64,000 nucleotides of DNA from Candidatus Poribacteria bacterium. GTDB lineage: Bacteria; Poribacteria; WGA-4E; WGA-3G. The number at the start of each line of letters is the position of its first letter. Position 1 is the first letter of the stretch. Location of the stretch: contig OZ243938.1 of NCBI GenBank assembly GCA_965214095.1, positions 3,680,001 to 3,744,000 on the forward strand, written 5' to 3'. The notes below the pieces were generated by a model. It saw only the letters and a program-made list of their open reading frames with translations. It ran no database searches and was not told where the DNA came from. Shown here piece after piece: positions 19,598 through 29,703 of the stretch. The position numbers and the translations under genes are program-made.

Positions 19598-20371
19598 ATG
19601 AAATCAAGAATTTTATTAGGTGCTTTAATTCTACTATTTATAGGAATAATGACACTGCCAGCGCAATCCCTAGATATTGAAAATGGGCTTGTTGCCTATT
19701 GGGCATTCAATGAAAGTGCTGGTGACACCGCAAGCGACTCAACAGGAAACGGACATGACGGAACATTGATGGGAGACCCTCAATGGACAGAGGATGGCAA
19801 GTACGGCGGTGCCATTGAATTCGATCAGGCTGGCGATGAAGTGAACATTCCTTTTCATAAGGACCTCAATCAAGAAGCCTTTACCATCTGTGCTTGGGCA
19901 AATGTTGAACCGGGGAGTGCTAATCATCGTGCAGTGATTTCCTCTCGTCATGAACCCCCTACGAGTGGGTATATCATTTACGCATTACCCGCAAATACAT
20001 GGCAGTTTTGGACTGGTAATGGAGATCCAACATGGGTTACCATTCAGGGTCCAGCGGTGAATCTTGGTGATTGGGATCATGTTGCTGGTGTCTATGCCGA
20101 TGGCAAACAGATGTTTTATGTCAACGGAGAACTTGCAGGTGAAGTGGACTCTAATCCGAACTTTAATGCAGAACAAGAGTTCCTCATTGGTGCAGGTGCG
20201 AATGAACGTGCAGCCCATGAATATCTCTTCAAGGGAATAATTGATGAAGTGCGGTTATATAATCGTGTGCTTGATGAAGATGAAATCGCTGCAGTGATGG
20301 ATAGTGAGTCATTGGCAGTTGAAGCATCTGGTAAGATTGCTGTCACTTGGGGACAATTGAAAACAAAGTGA
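19598..20371 (+). CDS. Secreted LamG/ConA-like domain protein with C-terminal K-x3-WG-x2-K tail
   Basis: Signal peptide, GLVAYWAFNE, WDHVAGVY, FKGIIDEVRLYNRVL; ends AVEASGKIAVTWGQLKTK. Confidence 0.9.
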   Translation: MKSRILLGALILLFIGIMTLPAQSLDIENGLVAYWAFNESAGDTASDSTGNGHDGTLMGDPQWTEDGKYGGAIEFDQAGDEVNIPFHKDLNQEAFTICAWANVEPGSANHRAVISSRHEPPTSGYIIYALPANTWQFWTGNGDPTWVTIQGPAVNLGDWDHVAGVYADGKQMFYVNGELAGEVDSNPNFNAEQEFLIGAGANERAAHEYLFKGIIDEVRLYNRVLDEDEIAAVMDSESLAVEASGKIAVTWGQLKTK

Positions 20372-20415
20372 TTATGCTATAGTTCAGAACAATATAGAAT
20401 TGTTCAGTTTATATC

Positions 20416-20454
20416 TGCCTACGGTGAGAGAATATCTTTCATCGTAGGCATTTT
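20416..20454. terminator. Hairpin terminator between the convergent LamG gene and metH
   Basis: TGCCTACGGTGAGAGA-ATA-TCTTTCATCGTAGGCA followed by TTTT. Confidence 0.65.
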
Positions 20455-20468
20455 ACTTGCATACAATT

Positions 20469-20524
20469 GTAGCGCAAACTGCCAGTTTGCGTACACTACT
20501 GCACAAACTGGCAGTTTGTGCTAC
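20469..20524. repeat. Inverted pair of a distinct GTAG-REP family (GTAGCGCAAACTGCCAGTTTGCG)
   Basis: GTAG plus hairpin, and its inverted variant ...CACAAACTGGCAGTTTGTGCTAC. Confidence 0.7.
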
Positions 20525-20561
20525 GGCACAGTCTAGTGTTCTGTCTACCTTTAAGAAAATC

Positions 20562-23500
20562 CTATGTGAGTAATGGTCTTAGCCAACGTTGTGCGGTGTC
20601 AATGTCCATGCCAGTACGTTCGGCATAGTTTTCGACTTGGTCATCTCCGATTCTTGCAATACTGAAATATTTAGAATCGGGATGAGAAAAATACCATCCG
20701 CTAACAGATGCTGCTGGAAACATCGCGAGACTTTCAGTCAAAGAAATCCCAGTATTTTTTGTGACTTCCATTATATCAAACAATACTCGTTTTGGGTTAT
20801 GGTCAGGACAGGCGGGATATCCGGGAGCGGGTCGTATACCTTGATACTTTTCTGCTATCAACGCATTGTTGTCTAACTGCTCATCGGAAGCATACCCCCA
20901 TAGCGATGTTCTGACGTGTTGATGCATACATTCCGCAAACGCCTCTGCTAACCTGTCCGCCAATGCTTTTGTCATAATGCTGTTATAATCATCGTGTTGT
21001 TTTTCAAACTCAGCACAGAGTTCAGGGACACCGATACCTGTAGTTACGGCAAATGCACCGATATAATCGGGAATGGATGTTTCCTTTGGTGCGATAAAGT
21101 CACTAAGGCTCAAGTTTGGTCGTGTAAATGGTTGTTCTGTTTGCTGACGTAGATGGTGTATTGTTGCAATCGTCTCTGTTCTATCTTCGTCTGCATATAT
21201 CTCCGTATCATCACCTACACTATTTGCTGGAAAGATTCCGACCACAGTCTTTGCGCACAACCTGTTCTGTTCAACGATTTTGTGTAGGAGTTTTTTGCCA
21301 TCTTCAAAAAGTTCTCTTGCTTTCGATCCTATCTTTGGATTATCAAATATATTTGGGTATTTGCCTGTCATTTCCCATGTGATAAAGAAAGGTGTCCAGT
21401 CAATATAGTCAACAAGTTCATCTAATGGGTAATCGTCAAGAACCTTTATACCTATCATATTTGGTTCGGGTGGCAGATAGTTATTCCAGTCAAGTGCCAA
21501 CTTACGTTTTTGTGCAATACTAAAGGGTAATAATTTCGTTTTCTGTCGACTTTTTGCCCGGTTTTTACGAATGCTATCATATTCTTCGCGGGTCTGATCA
21601 ACAAAGTTTTTATGGTTTTCAGTGTTCAAAAGGTTGCTAACAACGCCGACACTCCGTGAAGCATCTTTGACGTGAATGGTTGGACCTTCATAAGCAGGTT
21701 CAATCTGAATAGCGGTATGCACCTTTGATGTCGTTGCGCCCCCTATGAGAAGCGGGATGCGGAGACCTTTTCGTTCCATTTCCTGTGCGACATGCACCAT
21801 TTCGTCTAATGAAGGTGTGATAAGTCCGCTCAATCCGATAATATCAGCATTTTCTTTACGTGCCGTATCTAAAATGTCTTCCGCAGATACCATTACACCT
21901 AAGTCTATGACATCATAATTGTTGCAACCGAGTACGACACCAACGATATTTTTACCTATGTCATGCACATCACCTTTAACAGTTGCCATGACGATCTTTC
22001 CTCTGGATTTGATTTCTCCATCTTCCTGTTCTCTTTCAATATATGGGATGAGATGTGCGACAGCCTTCTTCATAACCTGTGCACTTTTGATGACTTGTGG
22101 TAGGAACATCTTGCCATCACCAAAGAGTTCACCGACACGATCCATTCCATCCATCAATGGACCTTCAATGACATGTATTGGACGATCAAAATTGAGTCGT
22201 GCTTCTTCGGTATCTGCTTCAATGTGTTCAATGATGCCTTCAACAAGTGCATGACTGATACGTTGTTCAACAGGTAATTTTCGCCATTCTTTGTTGACGC
22301 GCGTTCTCTTACTTTTGCCTTTATGTGATTTTGCGAGTTCAAGCAGACGGTCGGTTGCATCTTCTCGCCGATTGAAAAGCACATCCTCAACTACCTCTAA
22401 TAGTTGCTTCGGCAGATCATCATAAACAGCGAGTTGTCCAGCATTGACAATACCCATGTCTAAACCTGCTTTGATAGCATGGTATAGAAAAGCTGCATGC
22501 ATCGCTTCCCGCACGGTATCATTTCCGCGGAATGCGAATGATATGTTGCTAACGCCACCGCTTACCATGGCATACTTACAAGTCTTTTTGATTTCTTTAC
22601 AAGCTTCAATAAATGCAACTGCGAATTCGTTGTGCTCAGGAATGCCCGTTCCGACTGTTAAGATATTTGGATCAAAAATAATATCTTCTGGTGGAAATCT
22701 GACTTCTTTAGTCAATAGATTATAAGCTCTTGTGCAAATTTCAATTTTTCGTTCAAACGTATCTGCTTGTCCTTGTTCATCAAAAGCCATCACAATGGCA
22801 GCTGCCCCGTATTTCCTGATGAGTCGTGCCTTCTCTAAGAAATCGGTTTCACCCTCTTTTAGGTAGATTGAGTTGACAACTCCTTTGCCTTGAACGCATT
22901 GTAGACCTGCCTCAATGACTTCCCATTTGCTGGAATCTATCATGATCGGCACACGACTGATATCTGGTTCAGCAGCGATTAGATTTAAGAATTTTACCAT
23001 TGCATTTTTAGAATCTAACAGCCCTTCATCCATATTGATGTCAATGATTTGTGCGCCGTTTTCTACCTGATCGCGTGCCACTTCTAATGCAGTTTCATAG
23101 TCTTCATTCTTGATAAGGGTTGCGAACCGTCTTGAACCAGAGATATTTGTGCGTTCACCTACATTTACGAAGAGAGATTCTGATGTGATGTTGAATGCTT
23201 CTAAACCGCTCAATCTGCATGCGCGTTTTTGGGGTTTTGGTTGACGAGGAGGGTACTCTGCAGCAGCTTTGACAACGGCTTCAATGTGCTCCGGCTGGCT
23301 GCCACAGCAACCCCCAACGATATTGACAAAACCGTTCTTCGCAAAGTCATGTATCCAATTCCCCATTTCTTGAGGTGTCTGTGTGTAATGTCCGAGTTCG
23401 TTTGGAAGTCCGGCATTGGGATAACAGACGATAGGAATGTCAGCAAGTTTTGACATTTCAGCTAAGAAGGGACGTATCTGTTCGGAACCGAAACCGCAGT

Positions 23501-24236
23501 TTAGCCCCGCCGCAAGTAGGTTTACATGTCTGATGGAGTTCCAAAATGCTTCAACAGTTTGCCCCGATAAGTTACGTCCGCCACCGCCACTTCTGTCTGA
23601 AGATACGATAATCGGTATGTTGATTTCTCGCTGTTCAAAAAGTGTTTGAATAGCAAAGAGAGCCGCTTTGCAATTGAGCGTATCCATCACGGTTTCAACG
23701 AGGAGGATATCCACGCCACCGTCAATTAGTCCTTCTACTTGTGTTGTATAGGAATCCACGAGTTCTGAAAATGTAATGTTTCTATATCCTGGGTCATTGA
23801 CATCCGGTGAGATGGAGCAGCTGCGGTTTGTTGGTCCAATACTACCAGCAACGAAGCGCGGTTTATCGTGTGTGGTGTATTTATCAGCGACTTCCCGTGC
23901 AATTTGTGCTGCCGCGTAGTTGATTTGATATGCTTGGTCTTGGAGTTGGTAGTCTGCCATAGAAACGGATGTGCTGGTGAAGGTATTCGTTTCTATGATG
24001 TCTGACCCTGCTTGACAGTAATTTGAATGAATTTCTCGTATAATCTGGGGTTGTGTGATAGATAGTAGGTCGTTATAGCCTTTGAGTTCATGGGGATGGT
24101 CGGCAAATTGTGTTCCGCGGAAATCCTCTTCTGTGAGTCTATAGGTTTGTATAAGAGAACCCATCGCACCATCAAGGACTAATATACGTTCATTTAGTGT
24201 TTTTTTTAGGTGTTGTGTCCGTTCAGTATCTATCAT
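20562..24236 (-). CDS. metH: Cobalamin-dependent methionine synthase (likely start ATG 24236)
   Basis: [28 protein letters not shown]12 motif, [12 protein letters not shown]. Confidence 0.97.
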   Translation of the reverse strand: MIDTERTQHLKKTLNERILVLDGAMGSLIQTYRLTEEDFRGTQFADHPHELKGYNDLLSITQPQIIREIHSNYCQAGSDIIETNTFTSTSVSMADYQLQDQAYQINYAAAQIAREVADKYTTHDKPRFVAGSIGPTNRSCSISPDVNDPGYRNITFSELVDSYTTQVEGLIDGGVDILLVETVMDTLNCKAALFAIQTLFEQREINIPIIVSSDRSGGGGRNLSGQTVEAFWNSIRHVNLLAAGLNCGFGSEQIRPFLAEMSKLADIPIVCYPNAGLPNELGHYTQTPQEMGNWIHDFAKNGFVNIVGGCCGSQPEHIEAVVKAAAEYPPRQPKPQKRACRLSGLEAFNITSESLFVNVGERTNISGSRRFATLIKNEDYETALEVARDQVENGAQIIDINMDEGLLDSKNAMVKFLNLIAAEPDISRVPIMIDSSKWEVIEAGLQCVQGKGVVNSIYLKEGETDFLEKARLIRKYGAAAIVMAFDEQGQADTFERKIEICTRAYNLLTKEVRFPPEDIIFDPNILTVGTGIPEHNEFAVAFIEACKEIKKTCKYAMVSGGVSNISFAFRGNDTVREAMHAAFLYHAIKAGLDMGIVNAGQLAVYDDLPKQLLEVVEDVLFNRREDATDRLLELAKSHKGKSKRTRVNKEWRKLPVEQRISHALVEGIIEHIEADTEEARLNFDRPIHVIEGPLMDGMDRVGELFGDGKMFLPQVIKSAQVMKKAVAHLIPYIEREQEDGEIKSRGKIVMATVKGDVHDIGKNIVGVVLGCNNYDVIDLGVMVSAEDILDTARKENADIIGLSGLITPSLDEMVHVAQEMERKGLRIPLLIGGATTSKVHTAIQIEPAYEGPTIHVKDASRSVGVVSNLLNTENHKNFVDQTREEYDSIRKNRAKSRQKTKLLPFSIAQKRKLALDWNNYLPPEPNMIGIKVLDDYPLDELVDYIDWTPFFITWEMTGKYPNIFDNPKIGSKARELFEDGKKLLHKIVEQNRLCAKTVVGIFPANSVGDDTEIYADEDRTETIATIHHLRQQTEQPFTRPNLSLSDFIAPKETSIPDYIGAFAVTTGIGVPELCAEFEKQHDDYNSIMTKALADRLAEAFAECMHQHVRTSLWGYASDEQLDNNALIAEKYQGIRPAPGYPACPDHNPKRVLFDIMEVTKNTGISLTESLAMFPAASVSGWYFSHPDSKYFSIARIGDDQVENYAERTGMDIDTAQRWLRPLLT

Positions 24237-24357
24237 GTTTTCCCCAATTTTGTTGGTAATTTGCTTCAATATTATACTACGTGATTGCCGATATGTCCAT
24301 TGCATTTGCGTGTAATCAGAGGTGTTTTAATTTTGCTATGGGTTTGTATTCCTATTT

Positions 24358-24847
24358 GTCTGAACCAGGATTTTCAGGATTAGTAGATTTTCAAGATAAG
24401 ACTTCTCATCTAATACCATTTCTCATAAAGAATAGTTCATTATGAGATTGTGAATTCAGCGGAATATTGTCTGGACCAAGATTTTCAGGATTATGCGTCT
24501 GACGTTTCAAAGTGCCGTTGGTGGGATAGGCTGAAACTTGATGTTGGCAAGAATGGGACAATCGGGGTTAGAGACCCTACCTAAAGATTAGTGTAGACAG
24601 AACACTACGGTAGGTTCGGTTTCCTAACCGAACCGGCTTTGTGCCAAATACCTTCATAGAGGTTCTCGCACAGGTTCCGTGCGGTTAGGAAACCGCACCT
24701 ACCGGCCTGGGGAAAACGCCTAATTTACACTAAATTGACACCTATGGTTCGGTTTCCTAACCGAACTGGTGTTTGTTCAGTGTTATAGATGCGGTTAGGA
24801 AACCGCATCTACCGTGGAGTGTGCCCGTATTTTTACATTTCACTACA
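24358..24847. repeat. Composite repeat region: two TCTGAACCAGGATTTTCAGGATTA-type repeats, a GTAGACAGAACACTA end, REP hairpins and a single IS4-type end (24731-24746)
   Basis: Sequence matches to 4234-4258, 39134, 7016-7080 and 18250-18515. Confidence 0.75.
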
Positions 24848-24872
24848 ATGTTAGACGATCAATTGAATGGTA

Positions 24873-25499
24873 TTAGTTTTTGTCGTTACCTAACCGAACA
24901 CCAAGTCCTATGACAGCTGAATATCCATTGTGATGCGTATTATCATACATCGCACGGTGGTACTGCAGTCCGAAACGCAGGTAATAATCGTCTTCAATAC
25001 GCCATTGGTAGCCACCACCTAATCCGATCCGTTGCCTGGAATCATCGTAGTTCTCAGTACCAAAACTATTTTGCCATGACATCCTCGCAAATAAGTAAGG
25101 CGTAGACACCGTATGACTTAAAGGAAAGTATGTCAGTTGACACCCTAAATTTATTTCATTTTGACTCCTGTTGTTTCTATCACCAAGAAATGTGTAGTTG
25201 TTTGTCACCCGTCTAAAATTGATTTCCGGACTAACAGCAAAATACTTATGTGGGAAAAACGAAATGTAGACTGATGCTGGGATACCGCCTACTGCTCCTG
25301 ATGGTGCTTGTAAAAACGTTGCTCTGGAATCTGAGTCTCGGTCAGGAGGTGTGATGTAGGATGATCCCATTTGTGTGCCGATCTCATATTCGAGTGCCAT
25401 AGCAGATGGGACACAGAGAACAGATAGGACAACTAATGTCATAACAATAATAGTGAGTGTTGATGTGTGTTTTTCTTGATATGTTGCTTGTGTGTACAT
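24873..25499 (-). CDS. Putative outer-membrane beta-barrel protein
   Basis: Signal peptide ending AMA-L; alternating beta strands (LGCQLTYFP, PYLFARM, GLGGGYQWRI, VIGLGVRL). Confidence 0.7.
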   Translation of the reverse strand: MYTQATYQEKHTSTLTIIVMTLVVLSVLCVPSAMALEYEIGTQMGSSYITPPDRDSDSRATFLQAPSGAVGGIPASVYISFFPHKYFAVSPEINFRRVTNNYTFLGDRNNRSQNEINLGCQLTYFPLSHTVSTPYLFARMSWQNSFGTENYDDSRQRIGLGGGYQWRIEDDYYLRFGLQYHRAMYDNTHHNGYSAVIGLGVRLGNDKN

Positions 25500-25679
25500 A
25501 AGGCTCCTTATTTTAATGGATTGTAGTGAATTATCTGAGATTCTGTCAATGTTTGTTTGGGTCTCGCTATACTGATATATTATGTGAAACGGATTACCTA
25601 CAAGGTAGGTTTACGATGCAGAAGAATTGTCTGAATTTGCTGTCAGATGATACATGAAAATTACTACACTCATAGTTCT

Positions 25680-25738
25680 GGTTAGGAAACCGCACCTACC
25701 GTGGATAGAAAGTGTAGATATAATTTAATACTTCACCA
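25680..25738. repeat. Partial REP with MITE end
   Basis: GGTTAGGAAACCGCACCTACCG...GATAGAAAGTGTAGATATAATT...CTTCACCA, similar to 34264-34329. Confidence 0.65.
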
Positions 25739-25768
25739 ATATTTTAGAAATGGTATAATACTGATTAT

Positions 25769-26209
25769 ATGACTGAAGGGAATTGTGAGGAAGTGATGTC
25801 TCTATATGCACATAGATACGCCATTCATTTTGATATATCACCCCAAATTACTTATCTGAATCATGAATTACCTATAATAATTGCGGATCTATTACCGCTA
25901 TTTCAAGGTTTTCCTGAAGATGTGTGGATATCACAACAATCAGTTGACGAAGGACTTGATTTTTGTAGAGTTCTCTTTTGGGTTTTTTCGGACTCCTCTG
26001 ATGCCATAAAATCCTTCAGTATCTGGTTTCAGGCACTATTTCGTGATGCCAAAATGGCATCAACATTGGAACGTATCGTAGTATGTTCCATAGATGATGG
26101 TGATGAGTTAGAGGTTGAACTTACAGATTGGACACGTGTTCATGCTTTGCCTAAGGATGTTCAGAATGCGGTGCAGACAGAATTGGATAAAAAATCCATT
26201 GACAGGTAA
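25769..26209 (+). CDS. Hypothetical protein
   Basis: 146-aa ORF after an extended -10 (TGGTATAAT); no family recognised. Confidence 0.6.
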   Translation: MTEGNCEEVMSLYAHRYAIHFDISPQITYLNHELPIIIADLLPLFQGFPEDVWISQQSVDEGLDFCRVLFWVFSDSSDAIKSFSIWFQALFRDAKMASTLERIVVCSIDDGDELEVELTDWTRVHALPKDVQNAVQTELDKKSIDR

Positions 26210-26227
26210 TATGTGTTATGGTAAACT
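26199..26227 (+). promoter_or_regulatory. sigma70 promoter of lolA-pgsA-thpR-recA
   Basis: TTGACA-17 bp-TAAACT with TGn extension. Confidence 0.6.
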
Positions 26228-26279
26228 TTAAGGTGCATATAGTGAATCCACGTTGTCTGCAGAAATCGGGAGATACCTA

Positions 26280-26996
26280 ATGAAAAGAAAATACTGCATT
26301 TTAATTGTAATATTTCTATGTATTGTCAACATTGGATATACCTATACGGTTGATGAGGTCTTCAAGAATTTCAGAACGGTGTATGAAAAGTGCCAGAACT
26401 TTAGTGCGGAATTTGAGGAGACAGCATTATATAAAACAAGAAAAAGTGTGAGTTTCGGCAGATTTACCTTTGGCATTCCCAACCTTTTACACATGGAATA
26501 TGTCTCGCCAAAAGACCCTGATAAAATAGTCAAGACAGTTGTCTTAGATGGCAAATATGTATGGTCTTATGTCCCACTTCTCAATGAAGTTAACAAACAG
26601 AAAATCCAAAACCCAGATAAGCGAGAGATACTACCTGGCACGGGTGCTTCACTTGAAGATCTATCAACAAACTGGAACATGAAGTTAGTGCCTGATGAAG
26701 CTGCAAAAGCAAAAGGTGTTCATTTGTTGCAGTTAACTCCAAAACCGGAACTATTAAATAGAAGACAAAATAAACCACAAGGTAGTGCAGATGTAAAAAA
26801 GCAGCTTGAGATCTGGGTTAAAGAGGGAGACTGGTTTCCAGTACAATTTGGATATGTGACACTGTTTGAAGATGGGACTCGTCGCAGCGTAATAATATCC
26901 TTGTCAAATATTCAAAGAGATCAGAAATTACCGTCGACTCAATTTAAGTTTGTTGTTCCTAAAGATGCCGAGGTAATTGATCTTTCATCAGATTAG
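26280..26996 (+). CDS. lolA: Outer-membrane lipoprotein carrier LolA family (start ATG 26280)
   Basis: FSAEFEE, G.FTFGIPNLLHMEY, VLDGKYVWSYVP, FKFVVPKDAEVID. Confidence 0.8.
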   Translation: MKRKYCILIVIFLCIVNIGYTYTVDEVFKNFRTVYEKCQNFSAEFEETALYKTRKSVSFGRFTFGIPNLLHMEYVSPKDPDKIVKTVVLDGKYVWSYVPLLNEVNKQKIQNPDKREILPGTGASLEDLSTNWNMKLVPDEAAKAKGVHLLQLTPKPELLNRRQNKPQGSADVKKQLEIWVKEGDWFPVQFGYVTLFEDGTRRSVIISLSNIQRDQKLPSTQFKFVVPKDAEVIDLSSD

Positions 26997-27002
26997 AAGT
27001 AT

Positions 27003-27590
27003 ATGAAATTAAATGACTATTTACGTACGGCGAATCTGTTAACATTTGCCCGTTTATTGTTAACTGTCCCTTTCATTCTCTGTTTTCAGGCAAAACTAAT
27101 GGGACTTGCTGCGATATGCTTTAGTGTTGCAGCCATAACAGACCTATTAGATGGAAAAATAGCCCGTAAACAAGGTGTAACGCAGTTTGGTAGTTTTCTG
27201 GATTCGTTTGTAGATAAGATATTGATAGGTGCTGCATTAATTTGCTTATATCTTTTTCAACATGAAGATTTAGAGGATGGTGTGCATCTTTTACCGTTAT
27301 GGATGGTATATGTCATCCTTGGGCGAGAGGTTGTTGTTACGGGATTTAGAATCATATTTGTAGCGAAACATGGTGAGGTGATCTCTGCTAATCGCTGGGG
27401 TAAATATAAGACTACGACGCAGGTTGTCGTAATTCTTATAGGCTTGGTTTTACTCACCTTTTTAAGTGATTCAAATTATGTAGTTCAACGGCACGGACCG
27501 ATTTACTTTTTGATGTATTTACCACTGATATTGACAGTTACGTCAGGATTAGAAATCTTATACGGAAATCTAAAGGCTCTCTCTACTTGA
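27003..27590 (+). CDS. pgsA: CDP-diacylglycerol--glycerol-3-phosphate 3-phosphatidyltransferase
   Basis: TDLLDGKIARK..VTQFGSFLDSFVDK, GRE, WGKYKTTTQ. Confidence 0.88.
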   Translation: MKLNDYLRTANLLTFARLLLTVPFILCFQAKLMGLAAICFSVAAITDLLDGKIARKQGVTQFGSFLDSFVDKILIGAALICLYLFQHEDLEDGVHLLPLWMVYVILGREVVVTGFRIIFVAKHGEVISANRWGKYKTTTQVVVILIGLVLLTFLSDSNYVVQRHGPIYFLMYLPLILTVTSGLEILYGNLKALST

Positions 27591-27625
27591 CATAAGATGA
27601 TTTTTCACTATAGAGGTGTATTTTT

Positions 27626-28204
27626 ATGAGACCTGGTTCTATAAGGTGTTTTGTTGCTATTGAAATACCTGATAGGATCCAGTCTATTTTATCTGAAGTT
27701 CAATCAGAGTTTCGTCCGAAAATAAGAAATGCATCGTGGACGCGACATGGTAATTTCCATTTGACCTTGAAGTTTCTTGGTGATGTTGAGAAATGTGATA
27801 TTGATAAGGTAAATTCTACGGTAGAAGGAATTGCGGAAAACCGCGAACCTTTTTGTATAGAAATTGGTGGCATAGGGACATTTCCGAATTTGTATCGTCC
27901 ACGAGTGTTGTGGGTGGGGTTGAGGCAAGGTGTTAAAGAAACGACACCCTTAGCGAATACTGTAACCCGTGAACTCATGAAGTTTGGATTTGCAAACGAG
28001 AAACGTTTTCATCCACATTTTACACTTGCGAGAATAAGAAAAAGTGTTAATATGAAGGCTCATACTGAATTTTTCAAGAAATTTGAAACAATTGCGGGGA
28101 CATTGATGAATGTTGAGCACATCACACTTGTCAGAAGTGAGTTGCATCGTAGTGGTGCAGTCTACACCCCGTTACATATCTATCCATTAGGCAGGAGAAA
28201 GTAA
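27626..28204 (+). CDS. thpR: RNA 2',3'-cyclic phosphodiesterase (2H family)
   Basis: RCFVAI, HLTLKFLG and HFTLAR (two HxT motifs). Confidence 0.93.
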   Translation: MRPGSIRCFVAIEIPDRIQSILSEVQSEFRPKIRNASWTRHGNFHLTLKFLGDVEKCDIDKVNSTVEGIAENREPFCIEIGGIGTFPNLYRPRVLWVGLRQGVKETTPLANTVTRELMKFGFANEKRFHPHFTLARIRKSVNMKAHTEFFKKFETIAGTLMNVEHITLVRSELHRSGAVYTPLHIYPLGRRK

Positions 28205-28207
28205 ATA

Positions 28208-29362
28208 ATGGCGAATGACGAGAATAAAAAACCGGAAACCGAATTAAGCGCGGAAGACAAGAAAAAAGCTGAAGCGAAAAAGAAGGCAGTAGATGATGCT
28301 ATATCTCAGGTAGAACGTGCTTACGGTAAGGGTGCTATCATGCGTTTAACAGACGACGAGGTCGTTCCTGTTAGTGCTATCCCTACAGGTGCACTTTCAC
28401 TTGATTTGGCATTAGGTGTTGGTGGTGTTCCGCGAGGAAGAATCATTGAAATCTTTGGTCATGAAGGCACTGGTAAAACCACATTGGCACTCCATATTGT
28501 TGCCGAAGCACAGAAGATGGGTGGCATTGCAGCATTTATTGATGTTGAACATGCGTTGGATACGACTTATGCCCGGAATATTGGTGTGAATTTGGAGAAC
28601 GTTTTGATTTCACAACCGGATTCTGGTGAACAAGCATTGGAAATTGTGGAAACCCTTATCCGTAGTGGTGCCATTGATGTTGTGGTTGTGGATTCAGTTG
28701 CAGCGTTGACCCCTCAAGCAGAAGTTGAGGGTGAGATGGGTGATGCGCATGTGGGTCTACTCCCGCGTTTGATGTCAAAAGCATTAAGAAAACTGTCGGG
28801 TGTGACGAACAAATCACAGACCTGTGTAATATTTACAAACCAAATTCGTCAAAAGATCGGTATAATGTTTGGCAACCCTGATACGACCCCTGGTGGACTT
28901 GCCCTGAAGTTTCATGCGTCAATTAGACTGGAAATTCGACGATCTACACAGATCAAAGAAGGGACAGAGGTGCTTGGAAATCGAGTGCTTATTAAGGTAG
29001 TAAAAAATAAGGTTGCACCGCCATTTAGAGAAGCGGAGTTTGATGTCACTTTTGGTAAGGGTATCTCGAAAGAGGGGACACTCTTAGACATTGCTGTTGA
29101 TGTCGGTTTCATAGAAAAACGGGGTTCTTGGTTCTCCTACAACAGTGAACGGATCGGTCAAGGTAGGAATAATGTAAAAGCTTATTTAGAACAGAATCCT
29201 GAAGTTGCTGCAGAACTGGATAGAAAAATCCGTGAGAATATTGGTGCTATTACCCCATCTGGTGCCGGAGAAATTCCGGGTGCAGATGTTGTAGGAGTTG
29301 ATACCGATGTTGAAGACACCTCAGACGCCTCTGATAGCTATGACGACGATGACGAGAATTAG
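28208..29362 (+). CDS. recA: Recombinase RecA
   Basis: [20 protein letters not shown]...[30 protein letters not shown]; acidic C-terminal tail. Confidence 0.98.
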   Translation: MANDENKKPETELSAEDKKKAEAKKKAVDDAISQVERAYGKGAIMRLTDDEVVPVSAIPTGALSLDLALGVGGVPRGRIIEIFGHEGTGKTTLALHIVAEAQKMGGIAAFIDVEHALDTTYARNIGVNLENVLISQPDSGEQALEIVETLIRSGAIDVVVVDSVAALTPQAEVEGEMGDAHVGLLPRLMSKALRKLSGVTNKSQTCVIFTNQIRQKIGIMFGNPDTTPGGLALKFHASIRLEIRRSTQIKEGTEVLGNRVLIKVVKNKVAPPFREAEFDVTFGKGISKEGTLLDIAVDVGFIEKRGSWFSYNSERIGQGRNNVKAYLEQNPEVAAELDRKIRENIGAITPSGAGEIPGADVVGVDTDVEDTSDASDSYDDDDEN

Positions 29363-29391
29363 CATAAGAGTCTGGTAATATCTTTTTATGA

Positions 29392-29571
29392 ACTGAAAGT
29401 TAATCCCAAGACGGTAGGTGCGGTTTCCTAACCGCACCGGAACCTACAAGAATACTGACTGTGAAAGGTTTTAGCACAAATTCGGTGCGGTTAGGAAACC
29501 GCACCTACCGTCTTGAAACATTTAGCGTATGTGAAAAAAACACAAGAAAAGCTGAAAACTAAATAACCCTG
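29392..29571. mobile_element. MITE of the CAGGGTTATT family (inverted, one end truncated) with a REP pair
   Basis: Reverse-complement homolog of 9479..9658. Confidence 0.75.
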
Positions 29572-29588
29572 GGGTATTGCGTTTTTAC

Positions 29589-29617
29589 TTGATGTATATA
29601 ATTCAACATGCTATACT
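29589..29617 (+). promoter_or_regulatory. Putative promoter of the Pup-proteasome operon
   Basis: TTGATG-17 bp-TATACT with TGn extension. Confidence 0.5.
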
Positions 29618-29703
29618 TTTATGCACTCAGGGTTAGTATAGCAAAACTGACCAATATTCTATGATACTATCAATCTTTTCAATAGAATGTGAGAATAATT
29701 CGT

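Noticed and set aside
24237-24600. Cobalamin or SAM riboswitch upstream of metH, and the longer 24305 start
   Set aside because: No B12-box or S-box core recognised; the region is explained by repeats, and MetH similarity begins near ATG 24236.
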